From: Heterodontus francisci
Lineage: Eukaryota
Direction: 5' to 3'
NCBI RefSeq assembly: GCF_036365525.1
Contig: NC_090399.1
Span: 8,555,558 to 8,619,557 of the forward strand
DNA length: 64,000 bases
Positions 11,931-24,179 of the stretch are shown here, piece by piece. The position numbers were made by a program, and so were the translations under genes. A model generated the notes under the pieces. That model ran no database searches and was not told where the DNA came from. It saw only the letters and a program-made list of their open reading frames with translations. How positions within the stretch are numbered: position 1 is the first letter of the stretch; each line of letters opens with the position of its first letter.

Positions 11931-12579
11931 GCCCTTCCAGCAGAGGATGTTGTTCCTCATCGCCATTGGACCCGAAATCTGAAAATCGAGCTCCAATTGT
12001 CAGCTACTGACTGCCTTGCACTCGGGTGGTCCCCCAATTGTGTCTGGAAGCGTTGCTCTGTCCTTATGCCCCTACGATTCCAGGAGGGCAATGACCTCCG
12101 ACACTGCACACGCGCATGCAAAACACTCTGCCCACAACCTGCACAGACCCGATGACACCTTTATGCCAATGGCTGAGTCACTCTATGAGCCATTTGACCC
12201 TTTTATGCTCCCAACTAATTTGTTGGGGCAGCCATGATTGTGTCCTTGCTGTGTTTCTGCCTCCATGCACCTGCTCTCCCTGACTCAGCGTGCAGTCCAT
12301 ACACTCCCACCAAAATCTCAGTATGTCCCTCAATAATCTCTTCAACAACATTACCTGGATTCATTAGCAGATCAGGCAGATCCTGGGAGCTGGTCCTCTG
12401 CCTTGATAAAACTTGGCAGCGGCAATTGCGATGGGAAACTGGCATGCCAGTCAGCGCCACTTCTTTCACCACTCACCGGCCTCCATTCCCACCTCTGGTG
12501 GGTCCGAAAAATCCAGCCCCAAGTCTCGCAGTAATCCAGGTTACTCTTCTCAGGTGCCTCTTCATTTTTTAAAAATTCT

Positions 12580-12940
12580 ATCATGGGATGTGGGCATCAC
12601 TGGTAAGGCCAGCATTTGTTTCCCATCCCTAACTGTCCTTGACAACTGAGTGGCTTGTTACGCCATTTCGGAGGACTGTTAAGAGTCAGCCACATTGCTG
12701 TAGGTCTGGAATCACATGTAGGCCAGACCAGGTATGGATGGCAGATTTCCTTCCCTAAATGACATTAGTGAACGAGATAGGTTTTTAGGACAATTGATGA
12801 TAGTTTCATGACACCATTACTGAGACTAGTTTTCAATTCCACCAGCTGCCGTGGTGGGATTTGAAGTTGCGTCCCAAGGTCATTAGACTGGGCCTCTGGA
12901 TTACTCGTTCAGTGACATTACCACTATGCCACCATATCAC
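12580..12940 (-). mobile_element. tRNA-derived SINE sharing its 3' tail with LINE family B
   Basis: Reverse complement matches 27778-28155; further copies at 16525-16700 (-) and 48965-49338 (-). Confidence 0.75.
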
Positions 12941-13904
12941 TGTCATCTATGTACAGGGAATGCAATCAAACCAGGAACTGGACCACAGATTTCCAAATTC
13001 CTCTGAAGACAACGTTGTTGCAAGCCATAGGTACACTTTTAAGTACAGCAGTGCTAGCTAGCCACTCCTGTAAGCAGTCCAGGTGCCTTTGTTTAGATAG
13101 GTCCTCTGCTGCCCAGTTTACAACATCATTGCCCAGGATTAAAGCTATAAGACCCCTTGTAATTGGAACTGGATATTGTGTCCTCTGCAAGTGTGTTCCT
13201 CCAATCTTACCAAAGGCGGACTGATTGACTTTAGTGAGATGAGACTAGTGAGAAATCATTGACGTGCTGTCACTTTGATTATCTGCTTCTGAATGGCTCT
13301 GGAGTTGAAATTAACAATTTTTCCCACTTTAAGCCAGACTTTTTTCCCCAGATTGTGCTGGCTAGCTGATTGTCCAAATGTCTCTTTGTCCTTTTCCCCC
13401 CCACTGTATTCCCAGCTGTCCCCCTGACCTTTTTATCCTACTTGGTGATTCACCTGATAAAACTCAGTACCTTTCCTCATGTCTTGGAGTACGTGTTTAA
13501 AATATAGGCCTCCTACAGTTCTCCAAATAAAGAGAGGTCATCCTGGTTTAATAGCCTGGGATGAACCATTTGGCACTCATTGTATTCATTTGAAATAGAT
13601 GGTACGCCGATAAAATTTCACAAACTGGCTCAAATTTGATGTACATGTTGCATAATGGTACTTTTTTCTAAATCCGTGCAAATGCACTGTTTTAAAATAC
13701 TAAACTAATTAATTCCTAAATCCTGTGAAGAAAAATAAAATTGATCAAAAATACTGAAAAGTGTCAAACATATTTACAATGTGATGGCATCATACCTCAT
13801 TGGTTTAGGGATATGATTCTTGCTTAAGGACTTTCAATAAATTAATTTGTGAGAGGTTCCAGGTTCAAATCCTCGGTGAGCTGACATACGTTGTCCCCTT
13901 TTGG

Positions 13905-14070
13905 GATAAAGTCCTGGAACTCCCTCCCTAACAACACTGTGTACCTTCACCACATCGACTGCAGTGGTTCAAGAAGGAGGCTCACCACCACCTTCTCAAG
14001 GGGCAATTAGGGATGAGCAATAAATGCTGGCCTTACTAGCGATGCCCACATCCAATGAAAGAATAGAAAA
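13905..14070 (+). mobile_element. LINE family B 3' end
   Basis: Matches 10255-10415. Confidence 0.75.
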
Positions 14071-14280
14071 AAGTACAAGAGAAAAATTTTTAATTGAACA
14101 CTAGCACAGATTTCCGGGATGCGCAACAAAAGATAGCACGCTGTGATTTATTAACACAAATCTTTAATTTTTAGCTATATCTCTGTGGTTTTTGGTTTTC
14201 CAGGCTCTCTGAGGTTTCTACTTTTTATTTAAAGATATTTTTTAATTGCCATTTTGAATATTGTAACTAAATGGACTAAC

Positions 14281-14628
14281 CTCCAACTTTGAGATTGATC
14301 ACTGCTTCCTCATAGTTTGATTTGGAGTCAATGAAACAAGTGTAGCTCCCCTCATCTGATGATATTATCTTCTTCAGTTTGAGAGAGGCATTTCCATGGG
14401 GAAACTCCTCTTTAAAAAGTTCTGTCCTCCCTTGATAAGCTTTGTCCTGCACTCCGGGTCGATCCTGTCCTTCGGTGTATAAATGAACTGGCAAAGTAAA
14501 GTCTAACTTAAACCATCGAACTTCCAGATTGACCAGGGATGTGTTTGGTACCAGTTGGCACGGTAATACAACATCGTCACTGACAGAGACTATGATGGGA
14601 TGTTCTGGTCCAATGACATGAAACTTTT
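14281..14628 (-). CDS. Butyrophilin-like gene, IgV exon (KFHVIGPEHPIIVSVSDDVVLPC...EVRWF...YQGRTELF...GNASL...SDEGSYTC...YEEAVINLKVG)
   Basis: Acceptor ttttaccag| and donor |gttagt; 348 nt, phase 1-1; F-x-V-x-GP, LPC, EVRWF, Y-x-GRT-x-L, D-x-G-x-Y-x-C and YEEA motifs characteristic of BTN/MOG IgV domains. Confidence 0.95.
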
Positions 14629-15129
14629 CTGGTAAAATATAACATTTCAAACAAAGTCAGCAGTCATAACAGACATATTATAGTTGCAACATCTTAGAAA
14701 ATATTTACAGAAATATAATAAATTTGTTTTATTTATGTTGATCTTTCAAAGATCATTTCTCTAGGAAACACGTTTACATTAATTGGAAAATGAAGAAACA
14801 TTAGATAGATTATACCTGTTACATTTTGGATTATTTACACAATAGCTTGCACAGTACATACAGTGAGCTTAAAATTCCATCAGCCTTGCCACTGATCTCC
14901 GGCCATTGCTTTGACCGGAGATTGGTGGAACCTCCAGAGAAACAGGGTAAATGCCTATTCCTGCCATTGCACTGGGAATTCAAACAGTTTCCTCCCAAAT
15001 TTACAGTGGGAGATTGGGAGAACCTGAGGAATTTCAGAGCTGGTATGTAAAAAAGGCAGGAGTGACTAAGAGGCATTCAGACCTGTAGTAAGAATGGAGG
15101 GGTAAAGTGGTAACAGGTGAGTAGTGGTA

Positions 15130-15470
15130 ACTATCTCTCAGATGAGACATTAAACTGAGGCCCCAGCTGCCTCTCAGGTGAATGTCGAAGATTCCACAGC
15201 CACTCTACCAAAGAAAAGCAGGAGAATTCCCCCCACTGTCCTGACCAATAATTATCCCTTAACCAAAACACTATGACAAAGATTATCTGGTCATTATCAT
15301 TTATAATTTTTATGTTTGTGGGAGCTTGCAGTGTGCAAATTGGCGACTGCATTTCCTACATCACAACAGTGATTGCACTTCAAAAGTAAATAATTGGCTG
15401 TAAAATGCTTTGAGATGTCCTGAGATCATGAAAGGTGCTGTGTATGAATGTAAATCAATCTTTCTTTCTT
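15130..15470 (+). mobile_element. DeuSINE fragment
   Basis: Same core as 55251-55716. Confidence 0.7.
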
Positions 15471-15499
15471 CCTTTCAGTTAACTTTGTTTCTTGACATA

Positions 15500-16520
15500 A
15501 GAACATAATGTAAGAGATAGGAGCAGGAGTAGACCATATGACCCATTGAGCCTGCTCTGCCACTCAATAAGATCTTGGCTGATTTTCTGCCTCAACAACT
15601 TTCCCACCTGTTCCCCATATCCCTTGATTCCCTGAGAGATCAAAAATCTATCTGAGCCTTGAATATACATAACGATGGAGCATCCATGACCCTCTGGGGC
15701 AGAGAATTCCAAAGATTCACAAACCACTGAGTGAAGAAATTTCTCCTCATCTCAGTCCTAAATTGACTCTGTATCCTAAGGCAGTGCAGTGCCCCCATGT
15801 TCTGGATTCCCCAGCCAGGTGAAAAAAACCTCTCAGTGTCTACCTTGTCAAACCCCTTCAGAATCTGATATGTTTCAACGAGATCACCTCTAATTCTTCT
15901 AAACTCCAGAGAGTATATCATTGTCACTACTTCCACCATCCTCAAGGGCAGTGAGTTCCAGGTCATCCCAGGTTAAAAAGTTTGTTCTCATATTCCCCTG
16001 CATCTCTTGCCTAAAACCTTCAATCTATATCGCCTAGTCCTTGTACCATCAGTTACTGGGAACAGTTTTTCCTTGTCTAACTTATTTAAGCCTGTCATAA
16101 TCTTGTGCACCTCTATCAAATCTCCCTTCAATCTTCTTTGCTCCAGGGAGAACAACATCAGCTTTATTGTTTACCACGAGGGGAATTGAATACAAAAGTA
16201 GGGAGGTTATGCTTCAGCTATGCAAGGCATTGGTGAGACCACATCTGGAGTACTGTGTACTGTGGCCTGTCTTACAAGGAAAGATTGGACAGGCTAGGCT
16301 TGTATCTGCTGGAATTTAGAAGAGTAAGAGGCGACTTGTTTGAAACATACAAGATCCTGAGGGATCTTGACAGGGTGGATGTGGAACAGCTGTTTCCCCT
16401 TGTGGGAGAATCTTGAACTAGGGCTCACTGTTTAAAAATAAGGAGTCGCCCATTTAAGACAGAGATGAGGAGAATTTTTTTCTCTCAGAGGGTTGTGAGT
16501 CTTTGGAATTCTCTTCCAAA
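15500..16520. mobile_element. CR1 fragments (minus ~15500-16150, plus ~16160-16520)
   Basis: RGDL-x-ETY, NFFTQ, WNSLP and PHLEYCV remnants in both orientations. Confidence 0.8.
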
Positions 16521-16800
16521 TTGTTTTTTTACAACAATCTGGCAGTTTCATGGTCACCATTATTGAGTCTAGCTTTTTTTCCAGATTTATTTAATTTAAA
16601 TTTCCCAGCCCCTATAGTGGGATTTGAACTCACATCTCTGGATCATTAGTCCTGGCCTACTAAATTACTAGTCTGGTAACATAACGACTATGCTACTGCT
16701 GTTCTCTAAAATGTAAGCTCTAACTTGGTGACACTGCTAAATATGACCAGGAAAATAATAAGACATCAGTAAGATTTACCATAAAAACTCAATTTCTCAC

Positions 16801-16858
16801 CTGATATTGCAGTTTGAAGAATACTGAATAGAAACAAAACGCTGAAGTATCTTCTCAT
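16801..16858 (-). CDS. Butyrophilin-like gene, signal-peptide exon (MRRYFSVLFLFSILQTAIS)
   Basis: ATG at 16858-16856 in acaaagATGa context; donor |gtgag gives phase 1, matching the IgV exon; upstream acceptor ttttcttttag| at 16879 implies a non-coding first exon. Not in the ORF track because it is too short. Confidence 0.85.
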
Positions 16859-17299
16859 CTTTGTGAAGGACTGATTACCTAAAAGAAAATCCTTGTTATC
16901 CTTTTTTGAAGAGATATTACTAAAATAATTAATTGCCTTGAAATTAAGTTGTAGGGTGCTACTGTATAAATGATTAATGCAATTTCTGAAATTCCGCTCT
17001 CCTTTTTCAGCAGGGGTGCAACCCCCTTTTGATCAATGATCTCCGATCGTTCATTCCCCATTTCCTTTGCTCCTTGTAAGCTTAGCCCTCCCTTCCTCAA
17101 ACACAATGTGCCTCACTACCCACCACATGCCAATTATCTCAGTAATACAATATGGCTACCACAGTGAGTGGGAAGCTAAACAATGTTGTAACAAGCTGCT
17201 AGTCTCATACTGATCCAATATTACAGTACTGAGAACACACGTTCTCAACATTCAACACTAAGAGCACCTCCACGGTGGCTCAGCAAGTATATCCAGTGA

Positions 17300-18050
17300 C
17301 CAAATGACCATCTCTAACAACAGAGGATCTAAACATCTCCCCTTGATGTTCAATGACACTGCCATTGCTGAATCCCCCATTATCAATACCCTGGGTGTCA
17401 CCATTGACCAGAAACTAAACTGGACCAGCCACATAAATGCTGTGGCTACAAGGCAGGTCAGAGGCTAGGAATTCTGTGGTGAGTAACTCACTTCCTGACT
17501 CCCCAAAGCCTGTCCACCATCTACCATGCATAAGCCAGGAGTGTGATGGAATACTCTCCATTTTCCTGGATGAGTACAGCTCCAACAACACTCAAGAAGC
17601 TCGACACCATCCAGGACAAAGCAGTCTGCTTCATTGGCACCCCATCCACAAACATTCACTCCCTCCACCACCGACGCACAGTGGCAGCTGTGTGTACCAT
17701 CGACAAGGTGCACTGCAGCAACTTACCAAGGCTCCCTCAACAGCATCTTCCAAACCTGTGACCTTTACCACCTAGAAAGACAAGGGCAACAATCGTATGG
17801 GAACACCACCACCTGCATTTTCCCCTCCAAGCCACACACCATCCTGACTTGGAACTATATCATCATTCCTTCACTGTTGCTGGGTCAAAATCCTGGAAAT
17901 CCCTTCCGAACAGCACTGTGAGTGTACCTAAACACCAATGACTGTAGCGGTTCAAGAAGGCAGCTCACCATCACCTTCTCAAGGGCAATTATGGATGGGC
18001 AATAAATGCTGGCCTTGCCAGTGATGCCAACATCCCCCAAACAAAAAAAA
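17300..18050 (+). mobile_element. LINE family B 3' part
   Basis: MEYSP-x-x-WM-x-x-APTTLKKLDTIQDKA and the family B tail. Confidence 0.85.
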
Positions 18051-18244
18051 AACAAACAGACCAGGAAAGTGCCAAGTTTAATCCTTGGCCTGTAATGTGT
18101 TGTCTAACATCAGGCAGGACTGCAGGTGCAGCAGCATTACTGGCCTCACTGCTCCTACATTATTGACAGCATATCGCACACCTACATACCTCACCAAGCT
18201 CAAGCACATCCCTCAGCACGTAGACCTGGACCTTGGCGTACAGC

Positions 18245-19395
18245 CATGATGAAACCGAAACTGACTAAGTGGCGCATCACTCCGTCTCCATTGTGGATAA
18301 GAACCCAGTTAGCAGGTATGAGGTGCGCTCAGTGTTGCTGTACGTGGCGCAGGTCTGGCCCATACCTCATTCCTGCACCATGGTGGTCACACGAGCCATC
18401 TTCCGCTTTATCTGGAGATCGAAAATGGACCATGTCCACAGGGACATCATGCACAAATCTCTAGATAAAGGTGTCACTACATACTGAGGTTCTATCTGTC
18501 TTTAGTGTTGTGAAGGATGGGTCCGGCCACACTGCTGTGGAACGCTCCATTCAGTTAGACCATGCCACATCACCTATTCCTCATGGAAATGTTTATGCAG
18601 CAAAATATCTTTGACCACAAGTCCACCTGGCAGTGGTTTACAGTTAATGTCCTTGAGGCCTTGTGGGAAATGGAGATGGTGGATCCTGTTGAATGGTTCC
18701 CTGAGCAGATTGTCAAACCCATTTGGCAGAACACCTCATCGCCAGAACTTTCAAATACCAAGATGTAGCTTGGCTGGCAGCGAGAAGGGCTTTCATGAAC
18801 ACCCACAGTCTCGTGAACACTCCTTGAGGCTGCTGCGGTGGGGAAAAGACCGTCATCCACCTCCTTGGAATGTGCCTTTGCAAAGATGGTCTGGAAAGAG
18901 ATGCAGTGGTTTTTGCCAAGGTTCATCCCGAGCAGCTCCATAACACATTACTCTGTGCCCAGGGACACACACCAAGATAAACATCAACTGCTGGTGGAGG
19001 ACCATCAACTCAGCGAAAGAGGCTTTTTTTTGTCTTCCCAAAACTTGCTGGTCTTCCAGTGCAAAGAGCTGTCCACAACCGAGTGTTGCAGACTGGCACA
19101 TTCCAAGGTCCAGGTCTACATTCTAAGGGATGTGCTTGAGCTTGGGGTGGCTGCTGCAAAGGCTCAATTGGGCCAGAGTCTAAGGCCCTACTATCATAGT
19201 AAACCGAGGGGCTGGAACCCACGCAAAATCCCTCTGGCTGTATGCACCAAAGAGTGCTGGACATTAAATGTATAATAGAGAATGCCACGTACTGTACTGA
19301 AAGACACTGAACTGTATTGCACCTTGTCGTGTCAAATTTGAAATTATGTAATGTACTGCTACAAATGTTATGAATAAAGTAAATTTTTTTTTAAA
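18245..19395 (+). mobile_element. L1/Tx1-clade LINE 3' part (decayed)
   Basis: SVLLYVAQVW, AIFRFIW, M-x-KSLDKG and ECAFAK-x-VW zinc-knuckle remnants; ends in aataaagta and a T-run. Confidence 0.65.
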
Positions 19396-19464
19396 AAGTC
19401 CGACATTAGTGAGCAAACAATCAGTCAATATGTCGAGTCCCAATCAATGTCTTTCACCTGTGCC

Positions 19465-19915
19465 TGGGCTGGAGCATTTCAGCGTTGAAGAGAGACTGGA
19501 TAGGCGAGGGTTGTTTTCCTTAGAGCAGAGAAGGTTGAGGGGGGACCTGACTGAGATATACAAAATTATAAGGGGCATAGATAGGGTGGTTAGGAAGAAA
19601 CATTTTCCCTTAGTGGAGGTGTCAATAACCAGGGGGCATAGATTTAAGGTAAGGAGCAGGAGGTTTAGAGGGGATCTGAGGAAAGATTTTTCACCCAGTG
19701 GGTGGTTGGAGTCTGGAACACACTGCCTGAAGAGGTGGTAGAGGCAGGAACCCTCACGACATTTAAGAAGTATTTAGATGAGCACTTGAAACGCCATAGC
19801 ATACAAGGCTATGGGCCAAGTGCTGGAAAATGAGATTAGAACAGATAGATGCTCGATGGCTGGCACAGACACAATGGACCGAAGGGCCTGTTTCTGTGTT
19901 GTATAACTCTATAAC
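19465..19915 (+). mobile_element. CR1 (HER1-like) 3' fragment
   Basis: GLFSLEQRRLRGDL-x-E-x-YKI; tail ccgaagggcctgtttctgtgttgtataactctataact. Confidence 0.85.
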
Positions 19916-20379
19916 TTGTGGACTCTGGGTGAAATCAGGGTCAAATTTGGCTGTGATTTTCACACAAACAAATAAGCTTTGACCTCACCGTCAGGACGAT
20001 ATGTAAATAATGGGCATTTGGGTGAGATGCTGCAAACACTGAGCAACTACATCACAACAAGGGAAGGGAGAAAACGGATGGGAAAAAAAACCCTGGTCAT
20101 TGATGAGCAAGGAAAAGTACAGAACCATGTGTTCACAAAATGTACCTTTACTGTAAAACATGATATTATTGGTAATAAAAACGCTGATTGTGGGACAAGA
20201 GGTAACTACATCTGATTGGCATTGCACAAGCAAGTTGTAACAGCCGTGGGGCAATAGAAGACTGGGATTTCTCAAGCTTGTTCTGTCATATTTGTTGCCT
20301 AATTCAGTGTTCAACAAAGCCTTCACCTACCCAATGATAGAATGTTGCAACTCATTTAATAGTGAAACCCTTTCACTTG

Positions 20380-21025
20380 CTCCTGGCCTCAGTAAAGATC
20401 CTGAGATGAGCTTCTGACCACATATCCGTGCCATCACAAAGACTTCCTATTTCCACCTCTATAATATTGCCCAATTCTGTCCATGCCTCCACTCATCTGC
20501 TGCTGAAACCCTCATCCATGCCTTTATTACCTCTGGACTTGACAATTCCAACATATTCCTGGCCAGCTCATGTCCTGTTCATCTGTCACCCCTGTACTTA
20601 GTGACCTATAGTGGTGCCCAGTTATGCAATGCCTTGATTTTAAAATTCTCATTCTTGTTTTCAAATCCGTCCATGGTCTGACCCTCTCCCTATCTTTATA
20701 ACATCCCCCAGCCCCACAACCCTCTGGGATATCTGTGGTCCTCCAATTCCGGCCTCTTGAGCATCCCCAATTATAATTGCTGCATTACTGGCAGCCACTC
20801 CTTCAGCTGCCTGGGTCCTCAGCTCTGGAAGTCCCTCCCTAAACCTCTCTGTGTCTCTTTCCTCCTTTAAAATCTATACTTAAGACCAGGATTTTTTTGA
20901 CCAAGATTTTAGTCATCGACATGAATATCTGTTGTGGCTCAGTGTCAAATTTTGTTGATAAAGCTCCTGTGAAGCACCCTGGGATATTTTACTACATTAA
21001 GGGTGCTATATAAATATAAATTGTT
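20380..21025 (+). mobile_element. L2-type LINE 3' fragment
   Basis: Colinear with 1150-1807. Confidence 0.75.
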
Positions 21026-21552
21026 AAGTTTTACATTGATAAATATGAGCCTTTGCCTGTTATATAAAGGGCAGCAGATCCAAGATCACCCGTTATAAGC
21101 TACCACCTAGAGTTAAAATTACCCCCAACCTGTCCACTCATCATGCAGCAGCAAATAAAGAAAAGCAAATCAAATGCTGAACTAGACAGAGCCAAACAGT
21201 CGAGAACAAGCTGGGCAAAGTCTTGGACAAACCATATTGCACTCTGATCAGACCACAGACCTTCAATAGTGTGTCCAGTTCCAGCCATCAAAACCTGAAG
21301 GAAACATTCAGGCCTTGAAGGCAGTCAGAGAAGAGGCACAAGACTGTCCCATGGAGTCAGAGGATGGAATTAAAAGAAGCAACTTCAGATACTTGGGCAT
21401 CTCAGCTTGAAATAGAAGACAACTGAAAGATCACCACAAAGAGGGGACTGCAATTAATATGCAGCAAAGTTGAATCAGCAAGTTAAGCAAACTTAAAGAG
21501 CTAAACTGTGAGTAGGACAACAGTTCAAAATACCAGGTCTCATTCGTTTCCT

Positions 21553-21655
21553 CAGCTCTGATGAAAGGTCATTGACCTGAAAAGTTAACTCTGTTTCTCT
21601 GTCCACAGATGCTGCCAGACATGCTGAGTATTTCCATCACTTCCTGTTTTTATAC
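21553..21655 (+). mobile_element. Penelope-type short repeat with a minimal hammerhead-like motif
   Basis: agct CTGATGA a aggtc att gacct GAAA agtt aact (21554-21590). Confidence 0.6.
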
Positions 21656-21679
21656 GAGGTCGCAGTTTTGCTTCAGTGT

Positions 21680-22045
21680 TATTCTCCTGTCTCTGGCAGA
21701 AGGTTCTGGGTTCAAGTCCCACTCTCGGAACTTAAGCACACAAATTGAGGCTGACGCTCCCAGGGCAGTGCTGAGGGAGTGCTGCACTGTCGGAGGTGCT
21801 GTCTTTTAGGTAAGACATTAAACTGAGGTTCCATCTGCCTTCTCATGTAAAAGATCCCACGGCACTATTTTGAAGAAGAACAAGGGAGTTCTCCCACATT
21901 GTCCTGGCCAATGTGTACCCCTCAATCTATATTAGTGTTAAAAAAAGATTAACTGGTCATTACCTCACTGCTGTTTGTGGGATCTTGCTATGTGTAAATT
22001 GGCAGCCTGTTTCCTACATTACCACAGTAACTACACTTCAGAACT
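21680..22045 (+). mobile_element. DeuSINE
   Basis: B-box ggttcaagtccc and Deu-like core. Confidence 0.7.
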
Positions 22046-22089
22046 TCTGTACTTCATTGGGGTGTGGTGAGGGCACAAACAGCGCTCAA

Positions 22090-24000
22090 TGTTTTGAATC
22101 CACCCAGGATTACAGGTATCTCCGAGAAATACAACATTCCTCGGACTGCTGTTCTCACCACATCCTGAGATCCACACTCAGTGCCATGCACCACCACATG
22201 TACACACTGAACCTCTCTCTCCAGAAGCACCATCTCACCTTATCTCAAAGCTGTTCTACTCTGCAATTTCATTTCATCCTTCGTCTTATCCGACGCATTA
22301 ACAAAAAACGTTTTTTCTTCCTTTCAGATGTTAAGGAACGCAAGCTCCAGCAGCTGATGAGGACTAATGTCCCTCCAGATCCTTCTTCCCCTTCACTTCC
22401 CTCTGACCCCTTGCCGACTATAACCTCTGACCTTTCCCTCTCTGACGCTGAATGTTCTGTACTCAGCAAAGGACTCAGTTTTATGCCCCCTCCTCAATGA
22501 ATTTCATGCTCGGCATGACGTTGAGCTCTTCTTCTGTCACCTTCGTCTCTGGGCTCACTTCTTTGACTAAGAGTTCTCCCCCAGACCAGGAGACCTATTC
22601 AATCGCCTCCAGCATTCTCCCTCCACCTGGACCCCTCCCTCTGGCCTCTTACACACTCTTGATCTTTTCATTGAAAACTGTCGGCGAGACATTGTCCATC
22701 TCAATTTCTCTGCCACCACCCCCTCCCCCCTCACTCACTCTAACCTGTCTCCCTCTGAACTTGTTGCACTCCTTTCTCTCGGGTCTAACCCCGACATGGT
22801 CATCAAACCTGCAGACAAGGGTGGTGCTGTTGTTGTCTGGCGTACCGACCTCTACCTTGCAGAAGCTCAGCGCCAACTCACAGACACTTCTTCTTACTTC
22901 CCCCTGAACCATGACCCCACCACCGAACATCAAGCGACTGCCCACAGGACTGTCAATGACCTCATCTGCTTTGAAGATTCCCCTCCACAGTTTCTAACTT
23001 CATAGTCCCACAACTCTGGACAGCCCGCTCAACCTCCTTCCTAAAATCCACAAACAGGACTGTCCCGGCAGACCCATTGTTTCAGCCTATTCCTGCCCCA
23101 CTGAACATATTTCTTCCTATCTTGACTCGATCTTTTCTCCCCTGGTCCCGTCTCTTCCCACCGACATCCGTGTCTCTTCTGATGCCCTACATCATTTTGA
23201 CAATTTCCAGTTTCCTGGCCCCAACCGCCTCCTCTGCACTATGGACGTCCAATCTCCTACACCTCCATCTGCCACCAGGACGGTCTGAGGGCTCTCCGCT
23301 TCTTCCTTGAACAGAGGCCCAATCAGTCCCCATCCACCACCACCCTCCTCTGCCTGGCTGAACTTGTTCTCACATTGAACAACTTCTCCTTCAACTTCAC
23401 TCACTTCCTTCAAGTAGAAGGTGTTGCTATGGGTACCCGCATGGGTCCTAGTTATTCCTGTCTTTTTGTGGGATATGTCGAACATTCCTTCTTCCAGTCC
23501 GACTCAGGCCCCCAAACCCAACTCGTTTTCCGGTACATTAATGACTGTATCGGTGCCGTTTCCTGCTCCCACCCCGAACTTGAAAACTTTACCAACTTTG
23601 CTTCTAATTTCCACCCTTCTCTCACCTTTACATGGTCCATCTCCAACACTTCCCTTCCTCGACTTCTCTGTCTCCATCTCTGGGGATAGGCTCTCTACTA
23701 ATATTCATTATAAGCCCACCAACTCCCACAGCTACCTCAACTACACTTCTTCACACCCTGCCTCCTGTAAGGACTCCATTCTATTCTCCCAGTTTCTCAG
23801 TCTCCAACGCAAGTGCTCTGATGATGTTACCTTCCATGACAGCGCTTCCGATATGTCTTCCTTTTTCCTCAACCAAGGATTCCCCACCCCACTGTTGTTG
23901 ACAGGGCCCTCAGCCGTGTCCGGTCCATTTCCCACACCCCTTCACCCTCCCTCCCAGAACCGCGTCAGGGTTCCCCTTGTCCTCACTTCCAACCCCACCA
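22090..24000 (+). mobile_element. Penelope-like retroelement RT region (frameshifted)
   Basis: VLSKGLSF, VIKPADKGGAVVVW, LPKIHK, GVAMGTRMGPSY, FRYIND, LPFLD and YKPT-x-x-H-x-YL motifs of Penelope RTs. Confidence 0.88.
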
Positions 24001-24179
24001 GCTTTTATTATATTTCTATATCAATGCAAGTCTTTCTGACAAAAAAGGCTATTTTAGTTATGTCACAGATGTTCACATAGAGGCGAATGGGCTTCTAGAC
24101 ATTTATAAAGCAACAATTCGGCTTTCTTCCTGGATAGATATGTTAGAATGGGCCGAATAGCCTTATCATCCGCCATAAT

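Larger units (their letters stand above)
6520..12519. mobile_element. PIF/Harbinger DNA transposon, decayed but with both ends, carrying nested insertions
   Basis: TIRs gggctgattttcc / gaaaaatccagccc; 3-bp TSD CAA on both sides. Myb/SANT-like remnant on + (FSDADLEVLL...RREVLFP...AW-x-E-x-AE-x-VN, ~6800-7020). DDE transposase remnants on - (DMSENQC...LPVAIKV...FISGSFQ at ~10430-11050; ALQYTPARVSCIIV at ~8950-9060). Confidence 0.85.
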
